From the NCBI GenBank assembly GCA_036785375.1, contig JAWMAR010000026.1, forward strand, positions 9,920,001 to 9,984,000: a stretch of DNA of 64,000 bases, written 5' to 3'. Under the pieces are notes generated by a model. It did no database searches. It saw only the letters and a list, made by a program, of their open reading frames with translations, and was not told the origin of the DNA. Positions 63,791 to 64,000 of this stretch are shown piece by piece; position 1 is the first letter of the stretch; every line of letters starts with the position of its first letter. The translations under genes were made by a program, and so were the position numbers. The DNA is from Leucoraja ocellata. Lineage: Eukaryota.

Positions 63791-64000
63791 ACGACATACA
63801 GAGTGAGATTTGGAGAGATATGGACCAAACTTGGGCAAAGGAGTGTAGCTTAGATTGGGCATCTTGGTTGGTATAGGCGAGTTGGGTAGAAGGGCCTGTT
63901 TCAGTCCTGTATGACTTATGATTCTATGAATGGACAGGGTTTGATGCTCTCCACATTAGAAATAATTTTCTAGTGTTTGAGACGCCATGTGTTCAGGGTG

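Overview
Vertebrate genomic DNA, most likely a skate or ray judging by its repeat families. Almost all ORFs in the supplied track are spurious; the real content is two convergent, intron-rich genes. (1) IL34 on the + strand: four clear coding exons (3563-3663, 4365-4442, 11083-11250, 12925-13063), a candidate first coding exon (2504-2534) and a candidate very short last exon (14829-14845), giving about 177 aa. (2) The 3' two-thirds of MTSS2 (MTSS1L/ABBA) on the - strand: 12 exons from 63253 down to the WH2-encoding terminal exon with its stop at 40767. These include a 9-nt ELL micro-exon and two MTSS1-like alternative exons. The tail-to-tail IL34/MTSS2 arrangement matches human synteny. The rest is dense with transposons: CR1-like and Rex1/Babar-like LINE fragments, tRNA-derived HE1/V-SINE-type SINEs, a decayed Gypsy pol, a non-autonomous Helitron, a PIF/Harbinger MITE and a GC-rich non-autonomous retroposon with a CTCF-like motif. 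There are also many copies of a short, often palindromic element with 14-15 bp TSDs and a hammerhead-ribozyme-like core, probably Penelope-derived. Several insertions are nested. Exon boundaries were read by hand from splice signals and phase continuity; protein identifications come from recalled homology, not database searches.
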